In this document: one piece after another, positions 9,132-18,563 of the stretch
How positions within the stretch are numbered: the stretch's first letter is position 1
How the letters are laid out: every line of letters begins with the position of its first letter
Assembly (NCBI GenBank): GCA_002780235.1
Contig: PEVO01000025.1
Span: 305 to 39,139, forward strand
Length of the DNA stretch: 38,835 bases
Source: Candidatus Berkelbacteria bacterium CG06_land_8_20_14_3_00_43_10
GTDB taxonomy: Bacteria > Patescibacteriota > UBA1384 > GWA2-35-9 > CG2-30-43-20
Direction of reading: 5' to 3'
The notes under the pieces: model-generated
The model's database searches: none
The model's input: only the letters and a program-made list of their open reading frames with translations
Told to the model about the DNA's origin: nothing
Made by a program: the position numbers and the translations under genes

Positions 9132-10064
9132 TCATAGGAGTGATGGTTGGGTATGGTTTTGTTTAATCCGAGTTGACGTTGGTAGTCGCTTGATAAGCGA
9201 TTTGAAGCCGAGTTTTTCTAATTCTTTGACCACGCGAGGGTGGTCAAAGTCTTTGAGCGTCGCCGATTCTAAATCAATGGTAACCGGCGCATCGGTCGCG
9301 ATGGTTGCCAGTGTCAAAGAAAGGTCTGCTTCTTTTTTGCCGTTGACGAGCTTTGTCGCAACCGCGGGAGCAATATCACCGCAGTGCGCGTAAATATCAT
9401 CCAGATGCCCATACGTTTGGATCAGTGTGGTCGCCGTTTTTTCTCCAACCCCTGCGACCCCCGGTATATTGTCGCTCGCATCTCCACGCAGCGCCTTGTA
9501 ATCGACCATAAACTCGGGTCCAAACCCGTATTTTTTTACCACTCCTTCGCTATCAATGAGCATCGGTTCGCGCAGACTCCCATTTGACGGCGTCATGACA
9601 CTCACGCGGTCATTAATCAGCTGAAACACGTCGTTATCCCCTGTTACGATAATGATTTTACTATTTTCATTTTGGTTTTGATTTTTATACTTTTCGCTTT
9701 TAACTATTCGGCACATCGTGCCGATAATGTCGTCTGCTTCATACCCTTTACACCCGATGTGCGGGATAGCAAACGCATCAAGCAGATGTTTGATAAGGGG
9801 GAATTGGTCGTAAAGACTTTGAGGCGCTTTTTGGCGCGTTGCTTTATACGCGTCATAGAGTGTATCGCGAAAGGTCGGTCCTGGCTCGTCAAACGCAACG
9901 CAGACCCATTTTGGGTGCACGCTTGCGAGAGCAGACAAAAAAATAGAAAAAAAACCATATACCGCGTTTACCAACTTCCCGTCGGGTGCATTAAGCGGTG
10001 GGATAGCATGGAATGCGCGGTGGACAAACGCGTTTCCGTCGATAAGCATGAGAGTGTTGTTCAT
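9132..10064 (-). CDS. stand-alone 5'-3' exonuclease/flap endonuclease (PolA N-terminal domain)
   Basis: LIDGNAFVHRAFHA, YKATR, EADDIIG, TGDND, GDASDNIPGV H3TH motif; no polymerase domain. Confidence 0.93.
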   Translation of the reverse strand: MNNTLMLIDGNAFVHRAFHAIPPLNAPDGKLVNAVYGFFSIFLSALASVHPKWVCVAFDEPGPTFRDTLYDAYKATRQKAPQSLYDQFPLIKHLLDAFAIPHIGCKGYEADDIIGTMCRIVKSEKYKNQNQNENSKIIIVTGDNDVFQLINDRVSVMTPSNGSLREPMLIDSEGVVKKYGFGPEFMVDYKALRGDASDNIPGVAGVGEKTATTLIQTYGHLDDIYAHCGDIAPAVATKLVNGKKEADLSLTLATIATDAPVTIDLESATLKDFDHPRVVKELEKLGFKSLIKRLPTSTRIKQNHTQPSLL

Positions 10065-10071
10065 ATATTAG

Positions 10072-10158
10072 ATAACTGGTAACTGGTAACTGGCAGATTG
10101 AAAATGAGTAATTAGCTAACGAGTAACTAGTTCTCAAATTAACTAGTTAACTAGTTAC
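10072..10158. repeat. heptamer repeats (TAACTGG / TAACTAG)
   Basis: read directly from sequence. Confidence 0.8.
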
Positions 10159-11551
10159 TCCCCTCCTTTATTCTGCTTTTCTCTATCGTTGCGAATTTCA
10201 TCTGTTCGGGGACAAAATAGAGATCAACGTTACCGGTCGGTCCATTTCTGTGTTTGCGCACCAGAATCTCCGCGATATTTTTCTTGTCGCTGTCCGGTTC
10301 GTAGTAATCTTCTCGGTAAATAAACATGACCACGTCCGCATCTTGTTCGATACTCCCACTTTCGCGTAGATCGGCAAGTTGCGGGATTTTAGGGTGACGC
10401 ATTTCAACAGCGCGCGACAGCTGGGACAGCGCAATCACGGGGACATTTAATTCGCGTGCGATCGCTTTTATCCCACGCGATATCTCCGATATCTCTTGCA
10501 CTCTGTTGGCATCGCCCGTGCGTGTGCGCCCTTGCATCAACTGCAGATAATCGATAATAATAAGCCCCAACCCTTTTTCTGCCTGCAGACGCCGTGCTTT
10601 TGCGCGCATCTCCATAATGTTGATGAGCGGCGAATCATCGATGTAGATCGGCGCTTCCGACAGCACCCCCATCGCCTGTCCGATGCGGGGAAAATCCTCA
10701 TCAGACAAATTACCCGTGCGCAACTTCCATGAATCGACCGATGCTTCTGCAACAAGGAGTCTATCAACAAGCTGGTCTTTGCTTTGTTCTAGAGAAAAGA
10801 TACCCACGGGGATATTGCCTTTTATTGCGGCAAACGACGCGATATTGAGCGCAAGAGTTGTCTTTCCCATGCTCGGACGCGCAGCAAGAATAATAAGATC
10901 AGACGGTTGCATGCCGGCGAGCAGATTATCGAGGTCTTTATACCCTGTCGACACCCCACGCAACACCCCTTTGCTTTTATGCAACTCATCGATCCGCTCA
11001 AACGTTTGCGACAAGATCTCCTGAATGGGGGTAAAACTTTCACGCAGAAAATGCTGGGAAACGCTGTAAAGCAATTTTTCTGATTCATCGATCAGCGCAT
11101 CGGTTTCTGTATCGCCAGAAAACCCGAGTTCGATAATCTTACTCCCCGCAGCGATAAGGTTACGCATCGTGGCGTCCCGAGCGACAATCGCGGCATATGA
11201 TTCGATATGTGCCGACGACGCAACCGATGCAACTAACGATGACAGATAGCTCGCGCCGCCCACATCGGTGAGTGTTTTGTCTTTTTCTAGTTTGTCAGAA
11301 AGAGTCAAGACATCGATCGGTTGGCGTTTTTCTGTAAGCGTGACCATCGCCTCAAAAATAGTTGCATGCGCGGGGCGATAAAAATCGTGTGCCGTGACGC
11401 TATCGGCAACTCGGAACATCGCATCTTTATCTTGGAGTATCGCGCCGAGAAGCGATTGTTCCGCTTCGATATTTTGTGGAGGGACCGTTCCCACGGGGAA
11501 GGTGATGGGAGTTTTTGGTCTTTTTTTGGTATCTTTTTCGTTTGCCATCAT
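10151..11551 (-). CDS. dnaB: replicative DNA helicase
   Basis: PPQNIEAEQSLLG, AARPSMGKT, IIDYLQL, LSQLSR, LRESGSIEQDAD. Confidence 0.98.
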   Translation of the reverse strand: MMANEKDTKKRPKTPITFPVGTVPPQNIEAEQSLLGAILQDKDAMFRVADSVTAHDFYRPAHATIFEAMVTLTEKRQPIDVLTLSDKLEKDKTLTDVGGASYLSSLVASVASSAHIESYAAIVARDATMRNLIAAGSKIIELGFSGDTETDALIDESEKLLYSVSQHFLRESFTPIQEILSQTFERIDELHKSKGVLRGVSTGYKDLDNLLAGMQPSDLIILAARPSMGKTTLALNIASFAAIKGNIPVGIFSLEQSKDQLVDRLLVAEASVDSWKLRTGNLSDEDFPRIGQAMGVLSEAPIYIDDSPLINIMEMRAKARRLQAEKGLGLIIIDYLQLMQGRTRTGDANRVQEISEISRGIKAIARELNVPVIALSQLSRAVEMRHPKIPQLADLRESGSIEQDADVVMFIYREDYYEPDSDKKNIAEILVRKHRNGPTGNVDLYFVPEQMKFATIEKSRIKEGSN

Positions 11552-13089
11552 GCTCCTTCAAATATCGCGACCGCTTCGTCGACAAGGTCAGGATATTCTT
11601 GTGATTCTCGTTTTTTTACATACGACGGGTCAATAATACACTCGACGATATACGGACTCCCGGCGATTTGCGTAATTGCTGCTTCGACGAGCGGCAGATT
11701 GGTTTTGCTTGCAATTTTATTTTTATGAAACGCAAACGACACGGCGATGGTCGCTTTCCCGTCGATTGCACTCACAATATGGCTTCCTTCGAGCAGGGCG
11801 GCGAGTGACGCGTTTTTATCGCGCAGTGAGCGGATGAGTGTATGCCATGATTCATCGGAGAGCTGTGGCGTGGGTGTGCTTTGTATCGCGATGGGTATTT
11901 TTTTATCAACAGGGTCTTTCATCACGACACGGGGAGTATTTACCGTATGATCGGCGTGTGCGGTTTCTGGCGCAGGTGGCGTTATCGTATCGATCTGCGG
12001 CGTGTCATCTGCTTGGTGCGTTGCCGTTTGCTCTGCAATAAACAGTTCAAGAGGTAACCGGGGCGATGGAGATGATTTGAGTTGACCCAGTGAATGTATT
12101 AACCCGTTGATCCATGCGACAGCATGGGAAGTATCAACTAAGCGGAGCCGTTTACGTGCCTCCCCCAGCGCTTGCGCGATAAATACGCCGGGGTCTCCTC
12201 CGCTTTCAAAAAAATCATCGACAACGGCGAGTGCATCTGTGCGGTTACACTTTTCGAGCGCACCAAAAAAACGCTGGATTTCAGTGATAGATGAAAGACC
12301 GATCACCGCGCGGATGCGGTCGCTATCCACCGACTGCACGCCACTCGATACTTGGTCAAACAGCATCACTGCATCACGGAACGACCCTTCTGCAAGCGAC
12401 GCAAGGAGAGCCGCAGAGTCTGCATCGATCTTCTTTTTCTCCGTTTTCGCGATCGCCATAATATGGTCGGCGAGCATCGCTTCTGTTGCACGGATAAAAT
12501 TAAACTGTTGCACGCGCGAGAGTATGGTTGCAGGGACTTTATGAGGTTCTGTTGTCGCAAGAATGAACATGCAATGCATAGGTGGTTCTTCGAGCGTTTT
12601 TAGCAGCGCGTTAAACGCCTCTTTAGTAAGCATATGCACCTCGTCGATGATGATAACCTTTTTTGCGCACACCGATGGGGGGAACTTGATATGTTCGCGC
12701 AACCCGCGTATCTCATCGATCCCGCGGTTGCTCGCCGCATCGATCTCCAACACATCGAGTGCGTTCCCTTTGGTTATGGCGATGCAGGTGGGACAGGTGT
12801 TGCAAGGTTCGGAATCCGTATTAGGTATTAGGTATTTGGTATTAGGCGATGTATCAGAATCTTTTTTTGTGCCTACCCCCGTATACCGACTACCTACTAC
12901 CTCTTTGCAGTTGACTGCCTTAGCTAGCAACCGCGCCGTTGTCGTTTTGCCGAGCCCCGGCGGACCAGAAAACAGATACGCATGCCCAACAGTGCCCGAT
13001 GTAAGTGCATTTAAAAGCGTTGTCCGGATATGATCCTGACCGATAAGATCGCTAAATTGTTGGGGGCGGTGGGTGTGATATAAAGCCAT
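11548..13089 (-). CDS. dnaX: DNA polymerase III subunit gamma/tau
   Basis: GPPGLGKTT, EIDAASN, IIDEVHML, NALLKTLEEPP; ATGA overlap with dnaB. Confidence 0.97.
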   Translation of the reverse strand: MALYHTHRPQQFSDLIGQDHIRTTLLNALTSGTVGHAYLFSGPPGLGKTTTARLLAKAVNCKEVVGSRYTGVGTKKDSDTSPNTKYLIPNTDSEPCNTCPTCIAITKGNALDVLEIDAASNRGIDEIRGLREHIKFPPSVCAKKVIIIDEVHMLTKEAFNALLKTLEEPPMHCMFILATTEPHKVPATILSRVQQFNFIRATEAMLADHIMAIAKTEKKKIDADSAALLASLAEGSFRDAVMLFDQVSSGVQSVDSDRIRAVIGLSSITEIQRFFGALEKCNRTDALAVVDDFFESGGDPGVFIAQALGEARKRLRLVDTSHAVAWINGLIHSLGQLKSSPSPRLPLELFIAEQTATHQADDTPQIDTITPPAPETAHADHTVNTPRVVMKDPVDKKIPIAIQSTPTPQLSDESWHTLIRSLRDKNASLAALLEGSHIVSAIDGKATIAVSFAFHKNKIASKTNLPLVEAAITQIAGSPYIVECIIDPSYVKKRESQEYPDLVDEAVAIFEGA

Positions 13090-13100
13090 AATAATTAGAT

Positions 13101-13165
13101 AAAAGTTGAAAGTATAAAGTATAAAAATGAATAGATTTTAATTTTATACTTTTAGTTTTTAACTA
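13101..13165. repeat. heptamer repeat element with inverted arms (AAAGTAT ... ATACTTT)
   Basis: read directly from sequence. Confidence 0.7.
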
Positions 13166-13240
13166 TTCTCATAACACATTTATTTGCGTATTTTGTCAAT
13201 CATATACCTTTGTTCACACATGGGGAAAACCAGGGAGTAG

Positions 13241-13280
13241 AAAAGAAAAACCGACGGGGAAACGAAGTTCCCAATCGGTT
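13241..13280 (-). terminator. intrinsic terminator
   Basis: AACCGA/TCGGTT stem followed by a U-run on the minus strand. Confidence 0.65.
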
Positions 13281-13304
13281 CAGTTGTGCGACGACGTTGA
13301 GTCG

Positions 13305-13700
13305 TTATGATGATTTCTTTGGGCGACCAAAGAGACCCTTTTTTGGTTTTTGTTCTTGATCTGCAGGTGCTGGTGGATGTGGTGAAAAATGACGTTTTTG
13401 CGACGCTCCTTTGTCTTTTTCTCCAACATACAGTTGCATGGTTGTGCGAACTTCTGGTCGTTGCTTTTTTTGTTTAACCGGTCGAGGACGAGAATCGGTT
13501 GCTCGTTTGGCTGGTTTTGTATCGGTGACGTTTGTGTCGCGCTTACGGGAATACGTTGTAAAACAATGATATATTCCGACAAGCAATACGATATCAAAGA
13601 GCCACCATATGATTGGGACAAGAAATCCCAGCACAAACGTGCTAAACACTGTTGTGACGAGAAGTATGTTGAATATCCTTGGACATATTTTCTGTTTCAC
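13305..13700 (-). CDS. hypothetical membrane protein with a basic tail
   Basis: GGAGG SD before the GTG start; two TM helices. Confidence 0.7.
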   Translation of the reverse strand: MKQKICPRIFNILLVTTVFSTFVLGFLVPIIWWLFDIVLLVGIYHCFTTYSRKRDTNVTDTKPAKRATDSRPRPVKQKKQRPEVRTTMQLYVGEKDKGASQKRHFSPHPPAPADQEQKPKKGLFGRPKKSS

Positions 13701-13703
13701 TCA

Positions 13704-14018
13704 TTACCTCCCAAGTTTGTGTGATATGTGAAGTTCGTAAAAAAAGAGGCAGGCGCATGCACCGCCGAATTCGAATCCAATCCGGACGATTTGATAGATG
13801 TCACCTGTCCGTACGTTTTGTTCAAACAAGAAATACAAAACGTACATACCGACTATTGCAGCGATGCTAGAATACGCAAATACTCCAGCCGACCGCAGGT
13901 TTTTCCATGTCGCGTAGTTTTTACGATTGTTTTTCGCTCTGCAAAAGATTACATAGAGCGAAAAGAATATCAAAAAACCAATAATGACAAAAATGCTCAT
14001 CGCTCCATATGGTATCAT
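13704..14018 (-). CDS. hypothetical membrane protein
   Basis: three hydrophobic segments; GGAG SD; TTGACA-TATATT promoter-like sequence near 14075-14103. Confidence 0.7.
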   Translation of the reverse strand: MIPYGAMSIFVIIGFLIFFSLYVIFCRAKNNRKNYATWKNLRSAGVFAYSSIAAIVGMYVLYFLFEQNVRTGDIYQIVRIGFEFGGACACLFFYELHISHKLGR

Positions 14019-14137
14019 CGCATGCTCTCCACAATCAGAATGGTCAAGGTCGCTTGTTTATTTGATCACAAAAAATATACTCCTGAACAGGTGTAATGTC
14101 AATAACAGTTTTGACTAATCGATAGATCGTGTGCAAC

Positions 14138-14578
14138 TTATATCAGAAACATACTATAAACTATAAGCGCGCCGATAATACGAACGATATAGAACACAGG
14201 AATCTGTAATTTTCCGACAGAAACCCATTGGTGCCACGGTGTGCCCTGTGCGTTAAATTTAGAAAACGGGTAGACGGGGTTGACCACAAACCACATAAAA
14301 TCCTCTACGGTCGTTCCCAAAAGGTAGGCAAAAACCAACACCCAAAACAGGTGTGTATCCCACCCGATAAGTGCAAACGGTATAGCAAGCAGAAGCGGTA
14401 TCATCACCCAGTAGAGCCAAAAATGATAAGCAGTGTAGGTGAAACTGCTCATTTTTATCTTCCATCCAACTTGGTTTTTTGCCCAGCCCTCTGGTCCTTC
14501 TATATACGCTTCCCAAAAAGCAGTCGCAACCATTGCGCCTTGTACCAAACCAAACACGATCCAATCACTTGGTGTCAT
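14138..14578 (-). CDS. hypothetical Trp-rich membrane protein
   Basis: multi-TM ORF with WEAYIEG and EDFMWF segments. Confidence 0.75.
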   Translation of the reverse strand: MTPSDWIVFGLVQGAMVATAFWEAYIEGPEGWAKNQVGWKIKMSSFTYTAYHFWLYWVMIPLLLAIPFALIGWDTHLFWVLVFAYLLGTTVEDFMWFVVNPVYPFSKFNAQGTPWHQWVSVGKLQIPVFYIVRIIGALIVYSMFLI

Positions 14579-14637
14579 ATGAGCCTACGATAGCACCAAT
14601 TTAGAAAATAAAAAACCCACGGGTGAGAGCATCTCTT

Positions 14638-14727
14638 ATGTTACACTACATCGAAAACCCCGACATTGCTCATTCTATGAATGTTCTGTTCGACTTAGCG
14701 TGGGAGAAGGGGAAGAAGGTTAAGTAA
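14638..14727 (+). pseudogene. C-terminal remnant of a TrmB-like regulator
   Basis: MLHYIENPDIAHSMNVLFDLAWEKGKKVK* matches the IE...FELAW C-terminus of the neighbouring TrmB-like genes. Confidence 0.7.
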
Positions 14728-14778
14728 AAAACATTAAGGAACAAGCGTTCAGCGTGAAGGGATGATGGATTGAGTTAG

Positions 14779-15525
14779 TTATTTAATATCTTTTCCCGTC
14801 TCCCACAAAACCTCAAAGATGTTTGTAAAAACCTGTATAAGCAATTTGTCTTTTACCTCAATGAGGAGCGGTCTATCCGCGGAGTGCAGTAGAACACAAT
14901 CCGCCATCACATTAAAATTTCCTGGGTACGAATGAGGGCGTTTTATCAAACGATATTCGTTAATGGTTCTATCAAATCGTGCCAGATCTTGTTGGATATC
15001 TTCCTCGTTAAAAACGATCATTTTCCATTTTATTTTACGCCGTTTGCGGATAGCATCAATTTTTTTGGTGTAGTATGGCGTAATATGCTCGTGCCACTTT
15101 GGACCGATTGTCCCGGCGACTAAGTCTTCGCTTCCCACAGGTAAAGATTGATACTTGTTGAGCCAGTATTTTCGGTACGCTTCCACTCCTTCAAAAATGG
15201 TGATATCTGGTAGATCGCCACTGCGGATGCTTGATAGCTTCTTTGCGATCTCTGTCGCCGTATTAAGCTGGGATTGCGCCTCATCTACGAGTCGGTTGCT
15301 ATCGAGCGCCTGAAAGTGCTGGATGTTCTTTTTCTCAAGCTTAAATACGAGCGTTCGATCTATAAGCTTTTCGAGGGTTTCGTAGACGATATTTCGGTGT
15401 AAACCAGTTTTTTTGATAATGACGCCAGCTGGGGACTGCCCGTTTTCGACAAGAGCGGTGTAGGTAATCGCCTCATTTTTTGAAAGATGTAGTTGCTCAA
15501 GTTGTGAGATAATATCATTTTTCAT
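14779..15525 (-). CDS. TrmB-family transcriptional regulator (unit 1)
   Basis: N-terminal wHTH (LSKNEAITYTAL...HRNIVYETLEKL), FEGVE, C-terminal FEVLW. Confidence 0.88.
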   Translation of the reverse strand: MKNDIISQLEQLHLSKNEAITYTALVENGQSPAGVIIKKTGLHRNIVYETLEKLIDRTLVFKLEKKNIQHFQALDSNRLVDEAQSQLNTATEIAKKLSSIRSGDLPDITIFEGVEAYRKYWLNKYQSLPVGSEDLVAGTIGPKWHEHITPYYTKKIDAIRKRRKIKWKMIVFNEEDIQQDLARFDRTINEYRLIKRPHSYPGNFNVMADCVLLHSADRPLLIEVKDKLLIQVFTNIFEVLWETGKDIK

Positions 15526-15533
15526 ACAATAAT

Positions 15534-15608
15534 ACTATATCAAAATAACCAGTAAAAGTCAATATGTCATCATAAAGTATTGACAAACATATACTTTTGT
15601 GCTATACT
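15534..15608. promoter_or_regulatory. back-to-back sigma70 promoters (unit 1)
   Basis: minus strand TTGACT-17-TATAGT; plus strand TTGACA-17-TATACT with extended TG. Confidence 0.8.
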
Positions 15609-15657
15609 ATGTTGTTACGATCGAATTGGGTAACCAATGAGATACGAACGAACCAGA

Positions 15658-15724
15658 ACAATTTGAGCCCTTAGGAAACTTCAATCCCATTTTCCATGGA
15701 GAAGCAACAAGAGGGTTTGGAGAA
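15658..15724 (+). promoter_or_regulatory. conserved leader hairpin covering the SD (copy 1)
   Basis: ACAATTTGAGCCCT...AGGGTTTGGAGAA, conserved in three copies. Confidence 0.7.
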
Positions 15725-15729
15725 AAGAT

Positions 15730-16182
15730 ATGAATGCATGTCAATTTAGACCTTGGGAAGCACCACTGTACATAGACCCTCCACAATGGTTTATGGTGGC
15801 AGCAACGGTTGTGTCATTAATCAGCATTTATTGGCTGATAGGATACCTATTTGGTCCGCTGTGTATGAGTTTCTACACAGCAGGGAAACAAGATGCTGCA
15901 ACGAAATTCTTTGAGAGGTTGAAGCCTTGGGTCTGGGTTGCATTTTGGCCCATACCGGTTGGTTTCATCCTTGTAATGATCGCCTTCGTGGTCGGAATGA
16001 TGTGCTTTGTGATTATGGGGATCATCAACAACATCGGTGAGATTGCGCTAATCATCGCTGGGTTAGCCGGTTTCGCAATCATCGCCGTTCTCGCTTGTGG
16101 CTTATGGGGGGTGTTAATCAATCCAAAATACTTCCCAAGGTTCAAAAGATGGACAAGAAGAATATTTTTGAATCCCGAATAG
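15730..16182 (+). CDS. hypothetical membrane protein (unit 1 cargo)
   Basis: GGAG SD; three TM segments; terminator follows. Confidence 0.8.
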   Translation: MNACQFRPWEAPLYIDPPQWFMVAATVVSLISIYWLIGYLFGPLCMSFYTAGKQDAATKFFERLKPWVWVAFWPIPVGFILVMIAFVVGMMCFVIMGIINNIGEIALIIAGLAGFAIIAVLACGLWGVLINPKYFPRFKRWTRRIFLNPE

Positions 16183-16211
16183 TCGCTCTACGCACACTGT
16201 ATTAACAGAGC

Positions 16212-16250
16212 AAGCTCTGCGCCTTTATGGTGCGGAGCTTTTCTTTTGCC
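16212..16250 (+). terminator. intrinsic terminator
   Basis: AAGCTCTGCGCC/GGTGCGGAGCTT stem plus TTTTCTTTT. Confidence 0.8.
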
Positions 16251-16257
16251 AACGATT

Positions 16258-16689
16258 CTAGATCTGTTTGAGTATCATTTCCGGTGTGACCACCTGGAAG
16301 TGGAACGGGCTATCTTTCATCAAATCACCAAAATCTTTTTGGTCCAAAGTCACAAAGCAGTCAATGGGTAGCTTAAAGCAGATAGCGAGTATAGCAATAT
16401 CCTTTTTAACAACGAATTGAGTAGCGCGCTTGAGATCTTCAGGTTTTGGACTGGGGACTAGTTCAAAGGTATTCTTTTTAATTAGACCTTGGAAAACCTC
16501 ATGTAATTGATTATTGCCTTTTTGCAAAATATTTCTGGAAACCTCTGTGATGATGTCAGAAGAAGTATACGCCTTAACAAGACCGAGTTCTGCGGCATAT
16601 AATAAACTTCCCGATCCGCCCTCTGTGTTAAAAAGACCTGCAAGGATAACGCTTGAATCGAGTACGACTTTCAGCTTATTTGTGACCAT
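16258..16689 (-). CDS. PIN domain toxin (VapC-like)
   Basis: VVLDSSV, E-x-x-R-N, KDIAIL, VTLD. Confidence 0.88.
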   Translation of the reverse strand: MVTNKLKVVLDSSVILAGLFNTEGGSGSLLYAAELGLVKAYTSSDIITEVSRNILQKGNNQLHEVFQGLIKKNTFELVPSPKPEDLKRATQFVVKKDIAILAICFKLPIDCFVTLDQKDFGDLMKDSPFHFQVVTPEMILKQI

Positions 16690-16927
16690 ACTTTTCGTCG
16701 TACATTTCTTGTCTTATTACATCCAAATCCGCAAGCATCTCATCAATGGGGTAGGGTTTGTTTTTGGTAATGTTTTGAGCTTCTTTGACTAATGATTTAT
16801 ATTTCGACAACACAAAACTATTACCAACCTGCGACAAGCTGATCTTACTTCCTTTGCGTAAATTTAAACTCTTCCGCACCGTTGACGGTAATGTAATCTG
16901 CCCCCGGTCTCGCATTTGTATATTCAT
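16676..16927 (-). CDS. AbrB/MazE-family antitoxin
   Basis: RGQITLPSTVRKSLNL; overlaps the PIN gene. Confidence 0.88.
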   Translation of the reverse strand: MNIQMRDRGQITLPSTVRKSLNLRKGSKISLSQVGNSFVLSKYKSLVKEAQNITKNKPYPIDEMLADLDVIRQEMYDEKYGHK

Positions 16928-16967
16928 ATTATTATACCTTATAATCAGAATAAATCAGAAAATTCTA

Positions 16968-17059
16968 TTTGTCAACCCAATCTATCTTTTGATCGCATCC
17001 GGTTAGTGTAATTAGTAATTAGGTCAATTAGAAATTTCTCCCCCTGCTCCTTTCCACGC
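16968..17059. repeat. about 92-bp direct repeat, copy 1 (regulator 3' end to the -35 of the TA promoter)
   Basis: near-identical to 19311-19401. Confidence 0.95.
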
Positions 17060-17803
17060 ACTCCGAAACCCACATCGTTCTAGTTCGGCTATAGCGTGGG
17101 ATTCGACCACAACCATACTTGAGTTATTTTCGTCAATAGTCAACGAACAAACTTGATCGCGCCAGATCCATTTTTCAGCGTTGGTATTCCAGCCATTTTC
17201 AATAAAGCGATGGTCTCGTTTTTCTGAACCAATTGAGCTTTGATATTTTCTAGCATCAGGAGTATCGGGCAATAATATTGTTGATTTTATTTCATTGTCG
17301 TCAGAAAATTTTAAGAATTTATCGTAGAATTCTTTGTCCAAATCATACCAGTGGTTTTTATTTCCGGAAGACCAGATCAAAAGTTCCTCACCTTTCTTGG
17401 CGGTTTGCATAAATATTCGATACCATTCTCGCATACTGATTAGATTTTCGTAGATAGTGATGGTTGGAATTGATATCAGATCCGCCCGTTTGCTTTGCAA
17501 CTCGGGCAAGACCTTTTTCAACTCTCTGGTATTTGATCGGGCAATGTCAACTAGAATATTCGGATCGACAGCATGGAACAAACGATGAGTACCGATTTTT
17601 ACCTGTTTGATTAGACCTTTTTCAATTAGGATTGGCAAGAGAGTGTAGACCATCTGTCTAGTAACGCCGATTTTGCGCCCGATCAAAATCGCTGAAGCGG
17701 GACCGATCAGCAGGCAGGTTAAATATAATTTTGCTTCGGTTGTGCCGTAGCCGAGCTGTGTAAATAATTTAATATAGCGTTCTTGGCTTTTCATATGTGA
17801 CAA
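17024..17803 (-). CDS. TrmB-family transcriptional regulator (unit 2)
   Basis: LGYGTTEAKLYLTCL wHTH; C-terminal VES...AWKGAG. Confidence 0.87.
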   Translation of the reverse strand: MSHMKSQERYIKLFTQLGYGTTEAKLYLTCLLIGPASAILIGRKIGVTRQMVYTLLPILIEKGLIKQVKIGTHRLFHAVDPNILVDIARSNTRELKKVLPELQSKRADLISIPTITIYENLISMREWYRIFMQTAKKGEELLIWSSGNKNHWYDLDKEFYDKFLKFSDDNEIKSTILLPDTPDARKYQSSIGSEKRDHRFIENGWNTNAEKWIWRDQVCSLTIDENNSSMVVVESHAIAELERCGFRSAWKGAGGEISN

Positions 17804-17829
17804 ATAATCATTTTACATTATATATGGGT

Positions 17830-17907
17830 ATCATATCAAATATAGAGTATAAAGTCAACAATAGAGACAAGCAAACACTTGACAAACATATACTTTTGTG
17901 CTATACT
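17830..17907. promoter_or_regulatory. back-to-back sigma70 promoters (unit 2)
   Basis: minus strand TTGACT-17-TATGAT; plus-strand promoter identical over 30 bp to unit 1. Confidence 0.8.
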
Positions 17908-18038
17908 ACGGTTGTTATTGAAGATTGAAAATCGAAAATCCGCCGTAGCATCTTGAATGAAACATGGATGAATAATCCAAGTGAAATATCAAGAGCGAAG
18001 GAGGACGATCGAAATTCAACTGAAGATAACGCAGATTG

Positions 18039-18095
18039 ACAATTTGAACCCTCGGAAACTTTACCAAATGGAAAGCAACAAAAGGGTTTGGAGAA
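18039..18095 (+). promoter_or_regulatory. conserved leader hairpin covering the SD (copy 2)
   Basis: ACAATTTGAACCCT...AGGGTTTGGAGAA. Confidence 0.7.
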
Positions 18096-18099
18096 AGAA

Positions 18100-18543
18100 A
18101 TGATTACAATTATTGTGCTTTGGGGCGTAGTTATACTGCTGACAGCGTTAACAATAACGCTGTCAGGCCAGGAAAATATTCTTGCGCTGGGAATAGTCGT
18201 ATTCCCCCTAATAGGGTGGGCGATAACGAACGACCAGGTAACCCCCCAGCCGGAATATGGGGATAATTTTGAGACTACAAGAAATGTTTCCACCGTTAGG
18301 TGGGACGACATACCGAAAGGTATGTATAAGAAGCTAGGTAAGTTCTACTTGAACTTACCGTCCGGAAAGGCAAAAGTCGTCCGAAAGTTAGACGACTTCG
18401 TGACGGTCAAGGTTGTAGTTTCCCCTCGTGGAGAGAAAAAACTAGCGACGGTTCAAACCGCCAAAAACGAAACGGGCTCGTGGTGGGTCTGGGACCCCTC
18501 GAAAGAGGGGTATAGGGAAGGGCATCTGGAACCTGAAAAATAA
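18100..18543 (+). CDS. hypothetical protein with two N-terminal TM helices (unit 2 cargo)
   Basis: ATG 18100 follows the GGAG SD; terminator follows the stop. Confidence 0.8.
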   Translation: MITIIVLWGVVILLTALTITLSGQENILALGIVVFPLIGWAITNDQVTPQPEYGDNFETTRNVSTVRWDDIPKGMYKKLGKFYLNLPSGKAKVVRKLDDFVTVKVVVSPRGEKKLATVQTAKNETGSWWVWDPSKEGYREGHLEPEK

Positions 18544-18563
18544 CCTGCGGTTTTGTACCGCAC

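Noticed and set aside
9016..9393. 125-aa plus-strand ORF with KVYKVYK repeats
   Set aside because: It arises from the 8-9-mer tract and from antisense overlap with the exonuclease gene.
11548..13089. Programmed -1 frameshift in dnaX producing gamma
   Set aside because: I did not find an A AAA AAG slippery site with a downstream hairpin at the expected position.
15674..15708. GGAAAC...GCAAC in the leader as a c-di-GMP-II riboswitch
   Set aside because: The interior is too short and lacks the kink-turn and pseudoknot of that class, and copy 3 lacks the motif.
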